Shown here: positions 49,094 through 58,721 of the stretch, piece after piece | Layout: every line of letters starts with the position of its first letter | Position numbering within the stretch: position 1 is the stretch's first letter | Assembly: GCA_040879725.1 (NCBI GenBank) | Contig: JBBDJV010000018.1 | Location: forward strand, 16,748 to 80,747 | DNA length: 64,000 nucleotides | Origin: Minisyncoccota bacterium | Lineage (GTDB): Bacteria; Patescibacteriota; Minisyncoccia; Phycocordibacterales; GCA-2401445 | Direction of reading: 5' to 3' | Notes under the pieces: generated by a model | What the model was told of the DNA's origin: nothing | The model's input: only the letters and a program-made list of their open reading frames with translations | The model's database searches: none | Translations under genes and position numbers: made by a program

Positions 49094-49237
49094 GCTATGT
49101 ATTATAACAATTATCGCTCAGCAGAAAATAGTATGGAACTATTTTGCAAAAACTGGGGTATCGAGGTGTTAACAACCGCCACCTTTCACCGACAATTTGT
49201 TGTATACTTTATTTATTGCTAATAACACTACATACAT

Positions 49238-49615
49238 ATGGACGAGCTACAACTTAACACTAAGATACCTTGGTATCGCACCCGAAAATTCTGGGCAATT
49301 ATCTTCGGACTACTATTTGCGTGGGGGATATTCTTTTATTTCTTCATAGGTGCTCCTGGGAGGTCGTTTGGTGGTATTTTTTACTACCTCACATCATCAC
49401 TTGGGGGTGCAATATTCGGAATAATTGGAAACAAAATTATTCCAAGCGATGCAGGTAGAATGCTAGATTCGCTAGTATACTTATTATTTGCTTTTTTCTT
49501 AACATACAAAACATTTGATAAAAAAGCAGTACAATTATTTTACCCCTTACTCTTCACCATTAATTTTCTGGTGAGTGCAATAGTAATTATTCTTCTTCTT
49601 GGCGCTGCGGGATAA
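49238..49615 (+). CDS. Small polytopic membrane protein
   Basis: Four hydrophobic segments; 125 aa. Confidence 0.45.
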   Translation: MDELQLNTKIPWYRTRKFWAIIFGLLFAWGIFFYFFIGAPGRSFGGIFYYLTSSLGGAIFGIIGNKIIPSDAGRMLDSLVYLLFAFFLTYKTFDKKAVQLFYPLLFTINFLVSAIVIILLLGAAG

Positions 49616-49616
49616 A

Positions 49617-51761
49617 TTAAAACTCAACCTCTCGCAAAACACCAATAGTAAACTCAAAGTTTGTAAACTGCGGAACATATGTTTTCTTACCTTTCTTTCC
49701 TTTTGGACCAATAATCTTTTTAGGCGGAACGATAAATTCCAAAGCAACTTCTGTTTGCCCCAAACTCATTCCTTCTTCTATATCAATATAGGGATATCCT
49801 TCTGTTGTAGTACCAGTATTATTCACCAGATACACACCCTCCCTGTTAATGTCAGTCACTATAAGACGAACTCGCTCATCAATTCCTTCAGTAGCATGTA
49901 TCCGAACCTTGCTCTCACGCACACCTTCTTTAGGACGATACGCTCCCCACCGTTTTTTAATATCCAGAAAATCAGTTATTGGCTCCCATACAAATGACCC
50001 AATAGCAAAACGAGAAAAGTGATCAGTGGTGAAGGTTAGTGTCTTTAAATCAGTATCAAGTACTGAATCAATAACTCTCCACTCACTATCGATCGTATTA
50101 TAGTGAAAAACTCTCAAATCTTCCTCTGTTACATTTCCTTCAACGAGCAATGCCGGATCATACGTAAAGGTAACATCCACTAGGAAAGACTCGTTTGGAA
50201 TGCTTGATTCTATATCCCAAAATTCAGGTGTGAAATTTATTTTATCTGTATTGTTTCCGAAAGAAATATATTCACTATGTTTATCGACAGACAATGTTTC
50301 TCCCGGTGGCACATTCCCATGATAACTAAACTGCGTTGACTGGTTTTGGAATCCGTACACAATACGGTTTAATTCCAAAACTTTTTCAGTATAGTTGTCT
50401 ATTCCCGCCCATTCTATGGGATGATGAAAGCGTTCAATGCCTGAAACATCAAGGAAATAAGGACCACGAGGACCACTGTCTGAGTTGAGAAAATCAGTAA
50501 AGTCATGACCCCACTGACCTTTGTACTGCGTAAGCCAACCCACTTCATCTACCGTTGTGATATCTATTCTATAACCCAAGATATCTGAAGATATACTAAA
50601 CCCAAGTGATGAAGTAAGGTCATCTCTTATACCATCATCATGTACCCCATCATTGCCATTATTTGGATAATTTGCATGTGCTCCGAGCGCCACATAGCTC
50701 TTTACTTGTGTACCTTCTTTTTCTATTTCAGAGCTATTCCACTTTCTTCTCACAGAACCGTACGATTTGACTAACGTCTCTTCCCCCCTGTTATGATGCT
50801 GTGAATACGCTACAAACTTAGGTTTCTCAGTATCCTTTTCTAAAAATATGAATACCGATTCCCAATCGCCCTCATGATTGTTAAAACCACCGTGTTCCTT
50901 CCAATCATTAAATGCGTAGAAATACCAGTACTGAAGTACTATATATTCATGCTTAGTGCCTTCCCCATCAACAAAAGAATCCTCCATTTTGTACACATAG
51001 TACGTTGTAGTTGCGTACTCTTCCTCCACCAATGTTTGATACTTCGTTAAAGCATTGACAACATCTCCGTCCGCAAACGACAAATACCACTTTTCTGAAT
51101 TTTCTTCATCAGCAATACTCTCCATAGTCACCTCTCCCTCATTCAAAACAATTTCATTTATTGCTGTTCTGTCCCAGAGAGTACTCGTCGCCACAAACGC
51201 CTCTACATTCATAGGGAAAAAACGTTCATCCGGATGCATGAGTAAAATAGGTTCATATTTTAAAATGAGTGGATCAATCTCTGGCTCAGGTGGAGCATTG
51301 ATATCTTTTATCGTAAAGCGGATAGTTTGTATAGAATCCTCTTCCGCATGAGCTGTTTTTATTCCGAGCAAACGAGCGATATAGTATCGCGCATTCTTTT
51401 CTACCAGCACCGGTACATAACCTTCGTAAATATCAAGCTCGTATACACCCTCTTTATCCCAAGTAACCCATGTACCATCGTAGGCAACTATTTCCTTAGT
51501 AAACTCTCGGTTATTTGGGTTTGTATTGGGTTCTGGCAAGAAATATAAATCAGCTTTTACTGGACTACCGCTTTCGACGGCATACATTTCTCTTTCTTCA
51601 TTAAATGGAACCGAATACGTGCCATTATCCTCTATGACAATTCCTATTTCGGGGTTTTCTCCCCAGACTGCGTACGTGCTCGGAAACTGAGCGGAAACAA
51701 AAGCGATAGGAGTAAAAAAGAGGACTAAAAGTGCAAGGTATTCTATAGAAAATAAACGCAT
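49617..51761 (-). CDS. Large secreted protein with Vps62/DUF946-like domain
   Basis: Signal peptide; YWYFYAFNDWKEHGGFNNHEGDWESVFIF matches the Vps62 HxGDWE core. Confidence 0.5.
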   Translation of the reverse strand: MRLFSIEYLALLVLFFTPIAFVSAQFPSTYAVWGENPEIGIVIEDNGTYSVPFNEEREMYAVESGSPVKADLYFLPEPNTNPNNREFTKEIVAYDGTWVTWDKEGVYELDIYEGYVPVLVEKNARYYIARLLGIKTAHAEEDSIQTIRFTIKDINAPPEPEIDPLILKYEPILLMHPDERFFPMNVEAFVATSTLWDRTAINEIVLNEGEVTMESIADEENSEKWYLSFADGDVVNALTKYQTLVEEEYATTTYYVYKMEDSFVDGEGTKHEYIVLQYWYFYAFNDWKEHGGFNNHEGDWESVFIFLEKDTEKPKFVAYSQHHNRGEETLVKSYGSVRRKWNSSEIEKEGTQVKSYVALGAHANYPNNGNDGVHDDGIRDDLTSSLGFSISSDILGYRIDITTVDEVGWLTQYKGQWGHDFTDFLNSDSGPRGPYFLDVSGIERFHHPIEWAGIDNYTEKVLELNRIVYGFQNQSTQFSYHGNVPPGETLSVDKHSEYISFGNNTDKINFTPEFWDIESSIPNESFLVDVTFTYDPALLVEGNVTEEDLRVFHYNTIDSEWRVIDSVLDTDLKTLTFTTDHFSRFAIGSFVWEPITDFLDIKKRWGAYRPKEGVRESKVRIHATEGIDERVRLIVTDINREGVYLVNNTGTTTEGYPYIDIEEGMSLGQTEVALEFIVPPKKIIGPKGKKGKKTYVPQFTNFEFTIGVLREVEF

Positions 51762-51872
51762 GAAAAGTAGTATTAAGGGTAATATTTAAAATGTACTATA
51801 TTAGAGAGGTATTGCAACCCAAAGTATACACAGTGTATTTATTTTAAATTTTTAACCCTTAGAAGAACTCCC

Positions 51873-52436
51873 CTACAGCACAACGAGCGCAATAGATACA
51901 ACCGCGAGGATACCGAGGAAGTGGGAAATGAAAAATATTAGTGGAAGAAATCGAGGACTCACTTTAGATATACCGATGAGAAATAGTCCGAATTCATCGG
52001 GAAGAGGTGTCGCAACAAGAAACAAACCAAATGCAAATGCTACCCACTTTAGAAAACCATATTCAAACACTTTTATAATAGCCGTCCGAAACACTCTTTT
52101 TACAAAACCATCAATATATACCGTCAAATCTTTTCGTACGAAATGTATAATCAGCATATCAATAAGCATTGCACCGAGTGCACCAAAGAACGCCACATAT
52201 AGAGGGCTAAGCGACTGACTTATAGCAATGAGCGCCACTCCCGCGGGAGCAACAGTAAACACCGAGGTAAAGAATACTCCTGAAACAAAACTCGCAATAA
52301 CGAGCGAAAGAAATGACTCTCCGATAAATGATTCTATGATCCCCAGACGAACGAGAAGAATGGTAGCAACAATACTTGCTGTTACTATAAAAACATTCCG
52401 TACAAATCTTCCTAGGGAGAAATGATATAACTGCAT
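51873..52436 (-). CDS. Polytopic membrane protein, unknown function
   Basis: 187 aa, 5-6 TM helices. Confidence 0.5.
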   Translation of the reverse strand: MQLYHFSLGRFVRNVFIVTASIVATILLVRLGIIESFIGESFLSLVIASFVSGVFFTSVFTVAPAGVALIAISQSLSPLYVAFFGALGAMLIDMLIIHFVRKDLTVYIDGFVKRVFRTAIIKVFEYGFLKWVAFAFGLFLVATPLPDEFGLFLIGISKVSPRFLPLIFFISHFLGILAVVSIALVVL

Positions 52437-52471
52437 CAGTTTATTTTATCACAGCGCACTACCTCCATTCA

Positions 52472-52507
52472 TAAAAAACACCCAAGGCAAACCTTGGGTG
52501 TTTTTTA
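52472..52507. terminator. Bidirectional intrinsic terminator
   Basis: aaaaaaCACCCAAGGcaaaCCTTGGGTGtttttt. Confidence 0.7.
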
Positions 52508-52723
52508 TGAATAATGAGATAAGAAGTGTTTCTACTTTTTAACCTCCTCGATAATTTCTTTTGCGCCATCTACCCCACTTTCAAGTGAGCGAGTTACCGC
52601 TTCTACTGCGTCCTCTCCGACATCCTGTGCCGCGTCGAGTGCGGAGTCACTTGAATAAAAGCTCATTTTCTAGTATTTTAGTAGAACGTTTTTCCTTCGC
52701 ATATTCGGCGGGAGGAGGCGCAA

Positions 52724-52794
52724 TGCCGGTTCGTCTAATGGTAGGACACGCCCCTCTGGAGGGTGTAATTGGGGTTCGAGTCCCTGACCGGCAG
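52724..52794 (+). tRNA. tRNA-Gln (anticodon CTG)
   Basis: Acceptor TGCCGGT/ACCGGCA with a U1:A72 pair as in bacterial tRNA-Gln, D-arm GTC-TAATGGTAG-GAC, anticodon stem CGCCC/GGGTG with loop CTCTGGA, T-arm TGGGG-TTCGAGT-CCCTG, discriminator G. CCA is not encoded. Track ORF 52561-53022 spanning it is spurious. Confidence 0.85.
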
Positions 52795-52845
52795 CTAGAG
52801 CAGTTTCGGCTTCGGTGCGAAGCGCCGAAACGCAACTGGTCTTTG

Positions 52846-53129
52846 CCGTCAGGGACTCGAACCGAGGGCGCGCGAAGCCGGACAACGTCCGAGCGCCCGA
52901 GTGGGGGTCGAGCGAATGAGGTTTTTATGAGTACGCAGGACGAAATAAAAACCCATGAGAGTGACCGAGTCCCTGACCTAAAAGATTTGGGTTTCCAAGT
53001 ATCTGTTCGGCAGACATCTTGAGCTTGTCGAAAGAGAAATAAAAAACTTAGTAACTCGTGACCGAGTCCCTGACCAGAAGATTAAGAACGAGAAGTTTAC
53101 CCTGAGCTTACCGAAGGGAGTCCCTGACC
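52846..53129. repeat. GC-rich block with one inverted and three direct partial copies of the tRNA-Gln 3' end
   Basis: Inverted copy CCGTCAGGGACTCGAACC at 52846-52863. Direct copies GTGACCGAGTCCCTGACC at 52961-52978 and 53058-53075, and GAGTCCCTGACC at 53118-53129. Also a nested hairpin GTTTCGGC-ttcggtgcgaagc-GCCGAAAC at ~52804-52832. Confidence 0.7.
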
Positions 53130-53233
53130 GTCAACCAGTTCGCGCAAACTCGAAGAGTATGGCGGTCTCATGTGTTCAAAGAGGGCTGTAGGAAACTGCT
53201 TCAATAAGTTGTATTATTTGCGATATAATAAAA

Positions 53234-53658
53234 TTATGAGATTAATTCAAAAAACACTTCTTATTTCGACTGGACTTTTTGTGGTTGTTGTTATTGGTCT
53301 TCTTGTTTATTTTGAAAATAATAAAGAGTTCGAGCCAACAATATCTATAGATGATGTCGAGATAAGAAACGAGTACCTAAAATTAAGGGAGTTTCCTTAT
53401 TGGACTTTTGTTGGAGAAGCAAAAAATAATTCCTCCACTACTGTAGACTCTCTATCCTTTAAGATTAGGGCCTATGATTGCCCGACCGATACAGTAGGAC
53501 CTGATTGTGAAATTATTGGTGAGGAAGTTGTGAACACATATGTAACTATACCAGAAGGACAGGTAAGGCGTTTTGTAGATATGGTAACTTTTACTGATAT
53601 GCCAGTGCCCAAGAACGAATTTAAATGGGCATATGAACTTATTAATATTGGGCTCTAA
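53234..53658 (+). CDS. Membrane-anchored hypothetical protein
   Basis: Start taken at MRLIQKTLLISTGLFVVVVIGLLVY; no domain recognised. Confidence 0.45.
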
Positions 53659-53670
53659 TAATTCTTTACC

Positions 53671-53898
53671 ATGAAATCTAAAAGACTATTTATCTTTATC
53701 ATAATCAGTATTTTGTTAATTATGACAGGCGTTATTTATTTTAGAGAACCAGCTGTAGATAACTCATCAGATGATTTTGACCCATCAATTTATTTTGAGG
53801 GTGAACCAGTAACTCAAGAGGAGATAGACAGCGTTCTTTCTCCAGAAGAACAACAAGAGATTGAGCGAATTTACAATGAAACAAATGTATCCGAGTAA
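53671..53898 (+). CDS. Small membrane-anchored acidic protein
   Basis: 75 aa with an N-terminal TM. Confidence 0.4.
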   Translation: MKSKRLFIFIIISILLIMTGVIYFREPAVDNSSDDFDPSIYFEGEPVTQEEIDSVLSPEEQQEIERIYNETNVSE

Positions 53899-53909
53899 AC
53901 CTTTGTGTT

Positions 53910-54182
53910 ATGGCCTTAGATATAAATAGAATTACAGAGCAGTATAATTTCTCAGAAAACGAAAAGAAAATCATGAGTGATTCGGGAACAGCTAATACTG
54001 CTGCCATGAATCAATCGCGCATAGTTTCTGAGTTTATTTTGGCAAAGAAAATTGATATAGCTACAGATAGAATGATTGAGTCTAACAAAAAATTGTCGGA
54101 GTCTAATGAGAAATATTCTAAGGCGATGCTGTATCTCACTGGTGCGTTAGTATTTGTAGGAATTGTTCAGATTTTCTTTTAG
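53910..54182 (+). CDS. Small tail-anchored hypothetical protein
   Basis: 90 aa with a C-terminal TM. Confidence 0.4.
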   Translation: MALDINRITEQYNFSENEKKIMSDSGTANTAAMNQSRIVSEFILAKKIDIATDRMIESNKKLSESNEKYSKAMLYLTGALVFVGIVQIFF

Positions 54183-54251
54183 GTATTGGTTCTTGCAAGT
54201 ATTTAATACTAGGTGAGATTGCTTTATTATTTAATTCAATAAAATAAATAC

Positions 54252-54770
54252 ATGAGAGTAGCAATCGGCACAACAAGTGAACTAAAAATTAGATCTTTAG
54301 AGAATGCTTTGTATAAACTCCAAATTAAAGCGGAGATACACTCTATAAAAACAGACTCTGGTGTTTCTAATCAACCATTTGGTTATAAAGAAACTACCCA
54401 AGGTGCGAAAAATAGAGCAAAGCATGCACTTGAGAGTGATAGTTTCGATATTGGTTTTGGTATTGAAAATGGACTTATTGAAATAGAAGGAAACTTTTTT
54501 GATATTGCCTGTGTTTGTATAAAAACAAAAGAAGGAGAAGAATCTATATCATACAGCTCAGGATATTTCACTCCACAATGGATTGTAGAAGAGATAAAAG
54601 AGAAACACACTGATTATGGACACATAACACAGAGATTATCTGGTGACACAGACAAAGATCCAATCAAATATTTTTCTGGAGGAAAAGTTAAAAGAGAGGA
54701 ATTGTTATCACAGGCAATAGAAATTGCTCTGATAAAAATACTTAATAAGGCTAGGTATGCAAAACAATGA
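54252..54770 (+). CDS. Inosine/xanthosine triphosphatase (YjjX / DUF84, Maf-Ham1 superfamily)
   Basis: MRVAIGTT...SGVSNQPFGYKETTQGAKNRAKHA parallels E. coli YjjX [24 protein letters not shown]. Confidence 0.8.
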   Translation: MRVAIGTTSELKIRSLENALYKLQIKAEIHSIKTDSGVSNQPFGYKETTQGAKNRAKHALESDSFDIGFGIENGLIEIEGNFFDIACVCIKTKEGEESISYSSGYFTPQWIVEEIKEKHTDYGHITQRLSGDTDKDPIKYFSGGKVKREELLSQAIEIALIKILNKARYAKQ

Positions 54771-54868
54771 AAATGAAACACAAAAAATTTACCCCCCCCT
54801 TTTTGAAATTAAAAGTTGCCAACCCAACTCCCCTATACTACACTTAGAAATATAAATAATTTCGTTAT

Positions 54869-55105
54869 ATGGATCTGGATATTTTATTCAATATATTTCC
54901 AAGAATTTTCGCAGTAATAGTTATTGGAGTTATTTTTTTCCTCATCTTTCGAGAACTTGTGACGTGGTATTGGAAATTAAACAGAATAATTGAGTTATTA
55001 GAAGAAATAAAAGAAAACACGAGACCGAAAGAAAAAAACCCTCCTAACACTGAGTTAGATAACGATACTCCCACTGATACCAAGACTAAGCAAAAATGGT
55101 GGTAA
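54869..55105 (+). CDS. Small membrane protein
   Basis: 78 aa, one TM and a Lys/Glu-rich tail. Confidence 0.35.
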   Translation: MDLDILFNIFPRIFAVIVIGVIFFLIFRELVTWYWKLNRIIELLEEIKENTRPKEKNPPNTELDNDTPTDTKTKQKWW

Positions 55106-55175
55106 GCACATCTTTTGAGATATCGCTTCTATTATAGAAAACATTCAACTAAGCTACTCGTGCTAAAATTCAAGC

Positions 55176-55916
55176 ATGGAAAGATATACGAAATTCAAAA
55201 CAAAAGACGATCATGTTATTTATGGGATTTTAAATACTTCAAATAGAAGCTCAGAAACGCTCGCTATTTTTGTTCACGGGCTAACAGGACACCCAAATGA
55301 ACACACCTTTTTCAACGCTTCACGTCTGTTTCCCAAAAAAGGAATAGATGTTTTTCGTTTTTATCTTTACGCTGGGGAAAAAGGAGGACGGAAACTAAGT
55401 GAATGTACTATTGCAACCCACGCAAAAGATTTAGACACGGTAATTTCACATTTTAGAAAAAAATATAAAACTATCGCGGTCATTGGTCATAGTTTAGGTG
55501 GTCCGACTATTCTTAAATCGGATTTTTTAAGAGTAGATAACATCATCTTGTGGGATCCGTCCTGTCACACTCAGAGTAAAAAATATCTGCCCAAAAAAGT
55601 AAGAATGGATAATCGAGAGGTGTGTATAGACGAATGGGGAACGGAATTTTTAGTTAATCCAAAAATGTTTGAGGAATTGTTTTGGTTTAATGGAAAAAAC
55701 GAAATCGATCTGATACGAAAGATACGTGTTCCATTCAAAGTTATTGTTGCAGGTAAAACAGCATCCTTAAACAAAGGAGGTAAAATATATTGCGATAATG
55801 CAAATGGACCAAAAGAGCTTGTGGTAATCAAAAAAGCCGGACACACTTTCGATGAAGAAGGAGTTGAAGAAAATCTTTTGAGTGAAACCTTGAGCTGGAT
55901 AAAGAAATATTCTTAA
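55176..55916 (+). CDS. Alpha/beta hydrolase (esterase/lipase-like)
   Basis: GHSLGG nucleophile elbow and GHTFDEE near the C-terminus. Confidence 0.7.
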   Translation: MERYTKFKTKDDHVIYGILNTSNRSSETLAIFVHGLTGHPNEHTFFNASRLFPKKGIDVFRFYLYAGEKGGRKLSECTIATHAKDLDTVISHFRKKYKTIAVIGHSLGGPTILKSDFLRVDNIILWDPSCHTQSKKYLPKKVRMDNREVCIDEWGTEFLVNPKMFEELFWFNGKNEIDLIRKIRVPFKVIVAGKTASLNKGGKIYCDNANGPKELVVIKKAGHTFDEEGVEENLLSETLSWIKKYS

Positions 55917-56093
55917 CACCTTCCTCTTTACCATTTCCCTTACTCCCCTAGTTTTTTAGATAGGTATCTATGCCCCAAAGCTGGGAATTTTAAGATGTGC
56001 TGACAACACCGTTGTAATATATTTATCCCATGAACGTCTTGTATATATAGGTACGTAGGTACGGAAAATTATTATTATTAAAAAAACATAGAT

Positions 56094-56225
56094 ATGCTTT
56101 GGACAATTACAATAATACTCCTTATTTTGTGGCTTCTCGGTTTCAGCTTCAATGTAGGTGGAAATCTTATTCATACACTCTTGGTAATAGCGCTCATTTT
56201 GTTTATCGTGCGGCTACTAACATAA
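56094..56225 (+). CDS. lmo0937-family small hydrophobic protein (43 aa)
   Basis: MLWTITIILLILWLLGFSFNVGGNLIHTLLVIALILFIVRLLT matches the conserved lmo0937 family pattern (MLWTI..ILLILWLLG...GG.LIH.LLV). Below the track's length cutoff. Confidence 0.7.
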   Translation: MLWTITIILLILWLLGFSFNVGGNLIHTLLVIALILFIVRLLT

Positions 56226-56281
56226 GAATGCGTACAAAGAATAATTAGTTGAAACAATAATTACAATAATACAAAAAACAT

Positions 56282-56641
56282 ATGGACTCTTACAATTCAC
56301 ACTCAACAAAACCAATCTACCGAGGCACACAAATTGTGTGGTATGTACTTGGTTTTCTGGAAATTCTCTTAGCCTTTAGATTTATACTTAAAGCAATGGG
56401 GGCAAACGCAACTGCTGGTTTTTCAAATTTCATTTATACAGTGACCTCATTCTTCACCGCCCCATTTTCAGCTGTTTTTGGAACAAGTGGCACTCAAGGA
56501 AACATCTTTGAATGGACAACTCTTTTGGCAATGCTCGTCTATTGGGTTATCGCCATCGGTATCATCCGCATCTTCCTTATGAGCAGGTCTGTGTCTACGA
56601 GAGAAGCTGCCACAAACCTCGACAATGGAGATACTGTCTAA
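56282..56641 (+). CDS. YggT-like membrane protein
   Basis: 119 aa, two TMs with the inter-helix pattern LEILLAFRFILKAMGAN. Confidence 0.4.
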   Translation: MDSYNSHSTKPIYRGTQIVWYVLGFLEILLAFRFILKAMGANATAGFSNFIYTVTSFFTAPFSAVFGTSGTQGNIFEWTTLLAMLVYWVIAIGIIRIFLMSRSVSTREAATNLDNGDTV

Positions 56642-56745
56642 GGTACTTCTGTACATTTGGTTATAAAGTCAGATGTTGTGATACTCTATAGGTACAAAAT
56701 ACTTCGACCCGACTCTGTCGAAAGGCAGAGGTAACAAGAAAAATT

Positions 56746-56772
56746 CAAGGTAACAACACCTTGATTTTTTTT
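56746..56772 (+). terminator. Intrinsic terminator
   Basis: CAAGGtaacaacaCCTTG followed by ATTTTTTTT. Confidence 0.6.
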
Positions 56773-56981
56773 GTTAGGGTAGCAAAGTCTTTTTACTTAC
56801 ATTAATTTCGAGCTTGTGACTCAGGCGTCTTGCATCTAGCGGAATAAATTGTACTTAGAGAAAGAGCAGTCTTCCCCTTTTCCTCTTCCTTGGTCGCCTA
56901 AAATCCTTCAGGAAGATATCGGGATGTTCAGGTAAGTAGCGGTGTATACTATACAAATGGTGAACGGTATTCTACAAAAAT

Positions 56982-57836
56982 ATGATAAGTAAGAAATTAC
57001 TCCTGAGTATTGGAGGATTCATAGTATTTATTGGTATTTTAATTACATCAGGTAGTCAGTCTAAATTCGTTGTGACTGAAGTTCCTAACGAAAGTATTAA
57101 AGAAGATTCTATGTCTGAACCTGTTACAGAAGTAGAGATCGCACAATCTGTAGAGCAAAAAGAGACCGCCCAAGAAACAGAAGTAAAAAAGGAAGAAACA
57201 TACAAGGTTATAAAAGTTGTTGATGGAGATACGTTGGCGGTTAGCATTGAGGGTATTTCAACAACCATACGCCTTATCGGACTAGACACACCAGAGACGG
57301 TAGATCCAAGAAAACCCGTACAGTGCTTTGGAGTTGAAGCATCAAATAAAGCAAAGGAGTTGCTTACCGGTCAGAATGTAAAACTAGAGTATGATACTTC
57401 TCAGGGAACGTATGACAAATACGATAGATTACTTACGTACGTATACTTACCCGACGGAAGGTTATTTAATAAACTCATGATTGCTGAGGGGTACGGATAT
57501 GAATACACCTATGCTATTCCATACAAATATCAAAAGGAGTTTAAGGAAGCTGAGTTATTCGCACAAGAAAACAAAAAAGGACTGTGGGCGGAGGGTGTTT
57601 GTGAAGAGGAGACTTTAGAGGTATCACCCCCTACCCCAGCCCAAGCACAAGAGACTTCAGGTAGTTCATATGGCGAAGAGTATACCTGCTCATCAAATGC
57701 ATACAATTGCACAGATTTTTCTACACACAGCGAAGCACAACATGTCTACCAACTATGTGGAGGAATAACTAATGATATTCACAGACTTGACCGAGACAAA
57801 GATGGTGATGCGTGTGAAAGCTTACCGCAATTCTGA
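56982..57836 (+). CDS. Secreted thermonuclease (SNase/micrococcal nuclease family) fused to C-terminal Excalibur Ca-binding domain
   Basis: Signal anchor; SNase core (VIKVVDGDTLAV...IRLIGLDTPET...YDRLLTYVYLPDGRLFNKLMIAEGYGY); Excalibur CTDFSTHSEAQHVYQLCGG...DRDKDGDACESL. Confidence 0.85.
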   Translation: MISKKLLLSIGGFIVFIGILITSGSQSKFVVTEVPNESIKEDSMSEPVTEVEIAQSVEQKETAQETEVKKEETYKVIKVVDGDTLAVSIEGISTTIRLIGLDTPETVDPRKPVQCFGVEASNKAKELLTGQNVKLEYDTSQGTYDKYDRLLTYVYLPDGRLFNKLMIAEGYGYEYTYAIPYKYQKEFKEAELFAQENKKGLWAEGVCEEETLEVSPPTPAQAQETSGSSYGEEYTCSSNAYNCTDFSTHSEAQHVYQLCGGITNDIHRLDRDKDGDACESLPQF

Positions 57837-57910
57837 AATTCAAAAGAAAATGGAACCAACAGAAATTACCTAGGTACAAAAACCTGGTAAAAAGATATAA
57901 TCATTAGGTA

Positions 57911-58609
57911 ATGTCTGAAGAACACTCAAAGCAGAAAAAATCAGAACTTTACTCGGCACTAGTTTGGATACTCGGTGGTTTATCTCTGGTTGCGTATTGT
58001 ATCATTGGACTTTTAAATGCTTCGATTCCCGGAGTCGAAGACCTTGTCACTTTTTTATCTACAGTAGAAGGAAAGCATATATACGTTGCTGCATTTATTT
58101 CAATTTTTGTTGAGGGACTTTATTTTATCGGAAGTTTCTTTCCTGGATCAACATTGGTTGTTATTCTCGTGGTCCTTTCTCAACTAGGAGGAATACCAGT
58201 ATTTATTGGAACAATTCTCGCTGTTTTTACAGGATGGTGCGTTGCGGGTATTGTTAATATTTGGCTAGCAAAAACATATCGTTTAAAGATTGCCCGTCTT
58301 CAAGAAAATGATACATATAAAATTAAGGATAATTTACCAACAACATGGTTCCCTGCATTCCGAGCAAACTACGAAGTAGCGCAGATAACTTATGGCGGAA
58401 ACCCATTTAAAGTCTTTCTTTCTTCAGTCCGAGTAAAACTCTGGTCCACTCTCGTTGCAACACTATGTATTCTTAGCATCTCATTATTTATAAGTATTGA
58501 AGATATAAGCAATGAAGAAGGATTTGCTACAGTTATACTGGTTGCGATAATTAATTTTATAGTTGGTGGCGTTAAGTTAAAAAACTATTTTAGAGATACG
58601 AATACCTAA
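57911..58609 (+). CDS. DedA/VTT-domain-like membrane protein
   Basis: IYVAAFISIFVEGLYFIGSFFPGSTLVVILVVLSQLGG resembles the VTT/DedA core. Confidence 0.45.
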   Translation: MSEEHSKQKKSELYSALVWILGGLSLVAYCIIGLLNASIPGVEDLVTFLSTVEGKHIYVAAFISIFVEGLYFIGSFFPGSTLVVILVVLSQLGGIPVFIGTILAVFTGWCVAGIVNIWLAKTYRLKIARLQENDTYKIKDNLPTTWFPAFRANYEVAQITYGGNPFKVFLSSVRVKLWSTLVATLCILSISLFISIEDISNEEGFATVILVAIINFIVGGVKLKNYFRDTNT

Positions 58610-58721
58610 ACTCACTTCTTCATCAATTTTCTTTTGTATGTATTCTAGTGAATGAAAATAATTTTTCCAAAGAAAAAGGACCCAACCGCAGAGCTGGGTC
58701 CTTGTAAGCAAGATTCCTGTG

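Noticed and set aside
52532-52666. 44-aa acidic minus-strand ORF (MSFYSSDSALDAAQDVGEDAVEAVTRSLESGVDGAKEIIEEVKK) followed by the 52472-52507 terminator
   Set aside because: There is no SD or recognisable promoter and it is too short to evaluate. Kept only as a possibility.
52846-52925. Second (minus-strand) tRNA at the inverted tRNA-end copy
   Set aside because: The reverse-complement sequence does not form a T-stem (CCTCG versus CCCTG mismatch) or an acceptor stem; it is a fragment only.
52561-53022. 153-aa plus-strand ORF and two minus-strand ORFs (52647-52885) over the tRNA-Gln region
   Set aside because: They run through the tRNA-Gln gene and the GC-rich repeat block; high GC produces long spurious ORFs, and no motifs are present.
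52779-53129. Possible CRISPR array suggested by the repeated GAGTCCCTGACC
   Set aside because: Repeats are only 12-18 bp, irregularly spaced (186, 97 and 60 bp), identical to the tRNA-Gln 3' end, and one copy is inverted. No cas genes are nearby.
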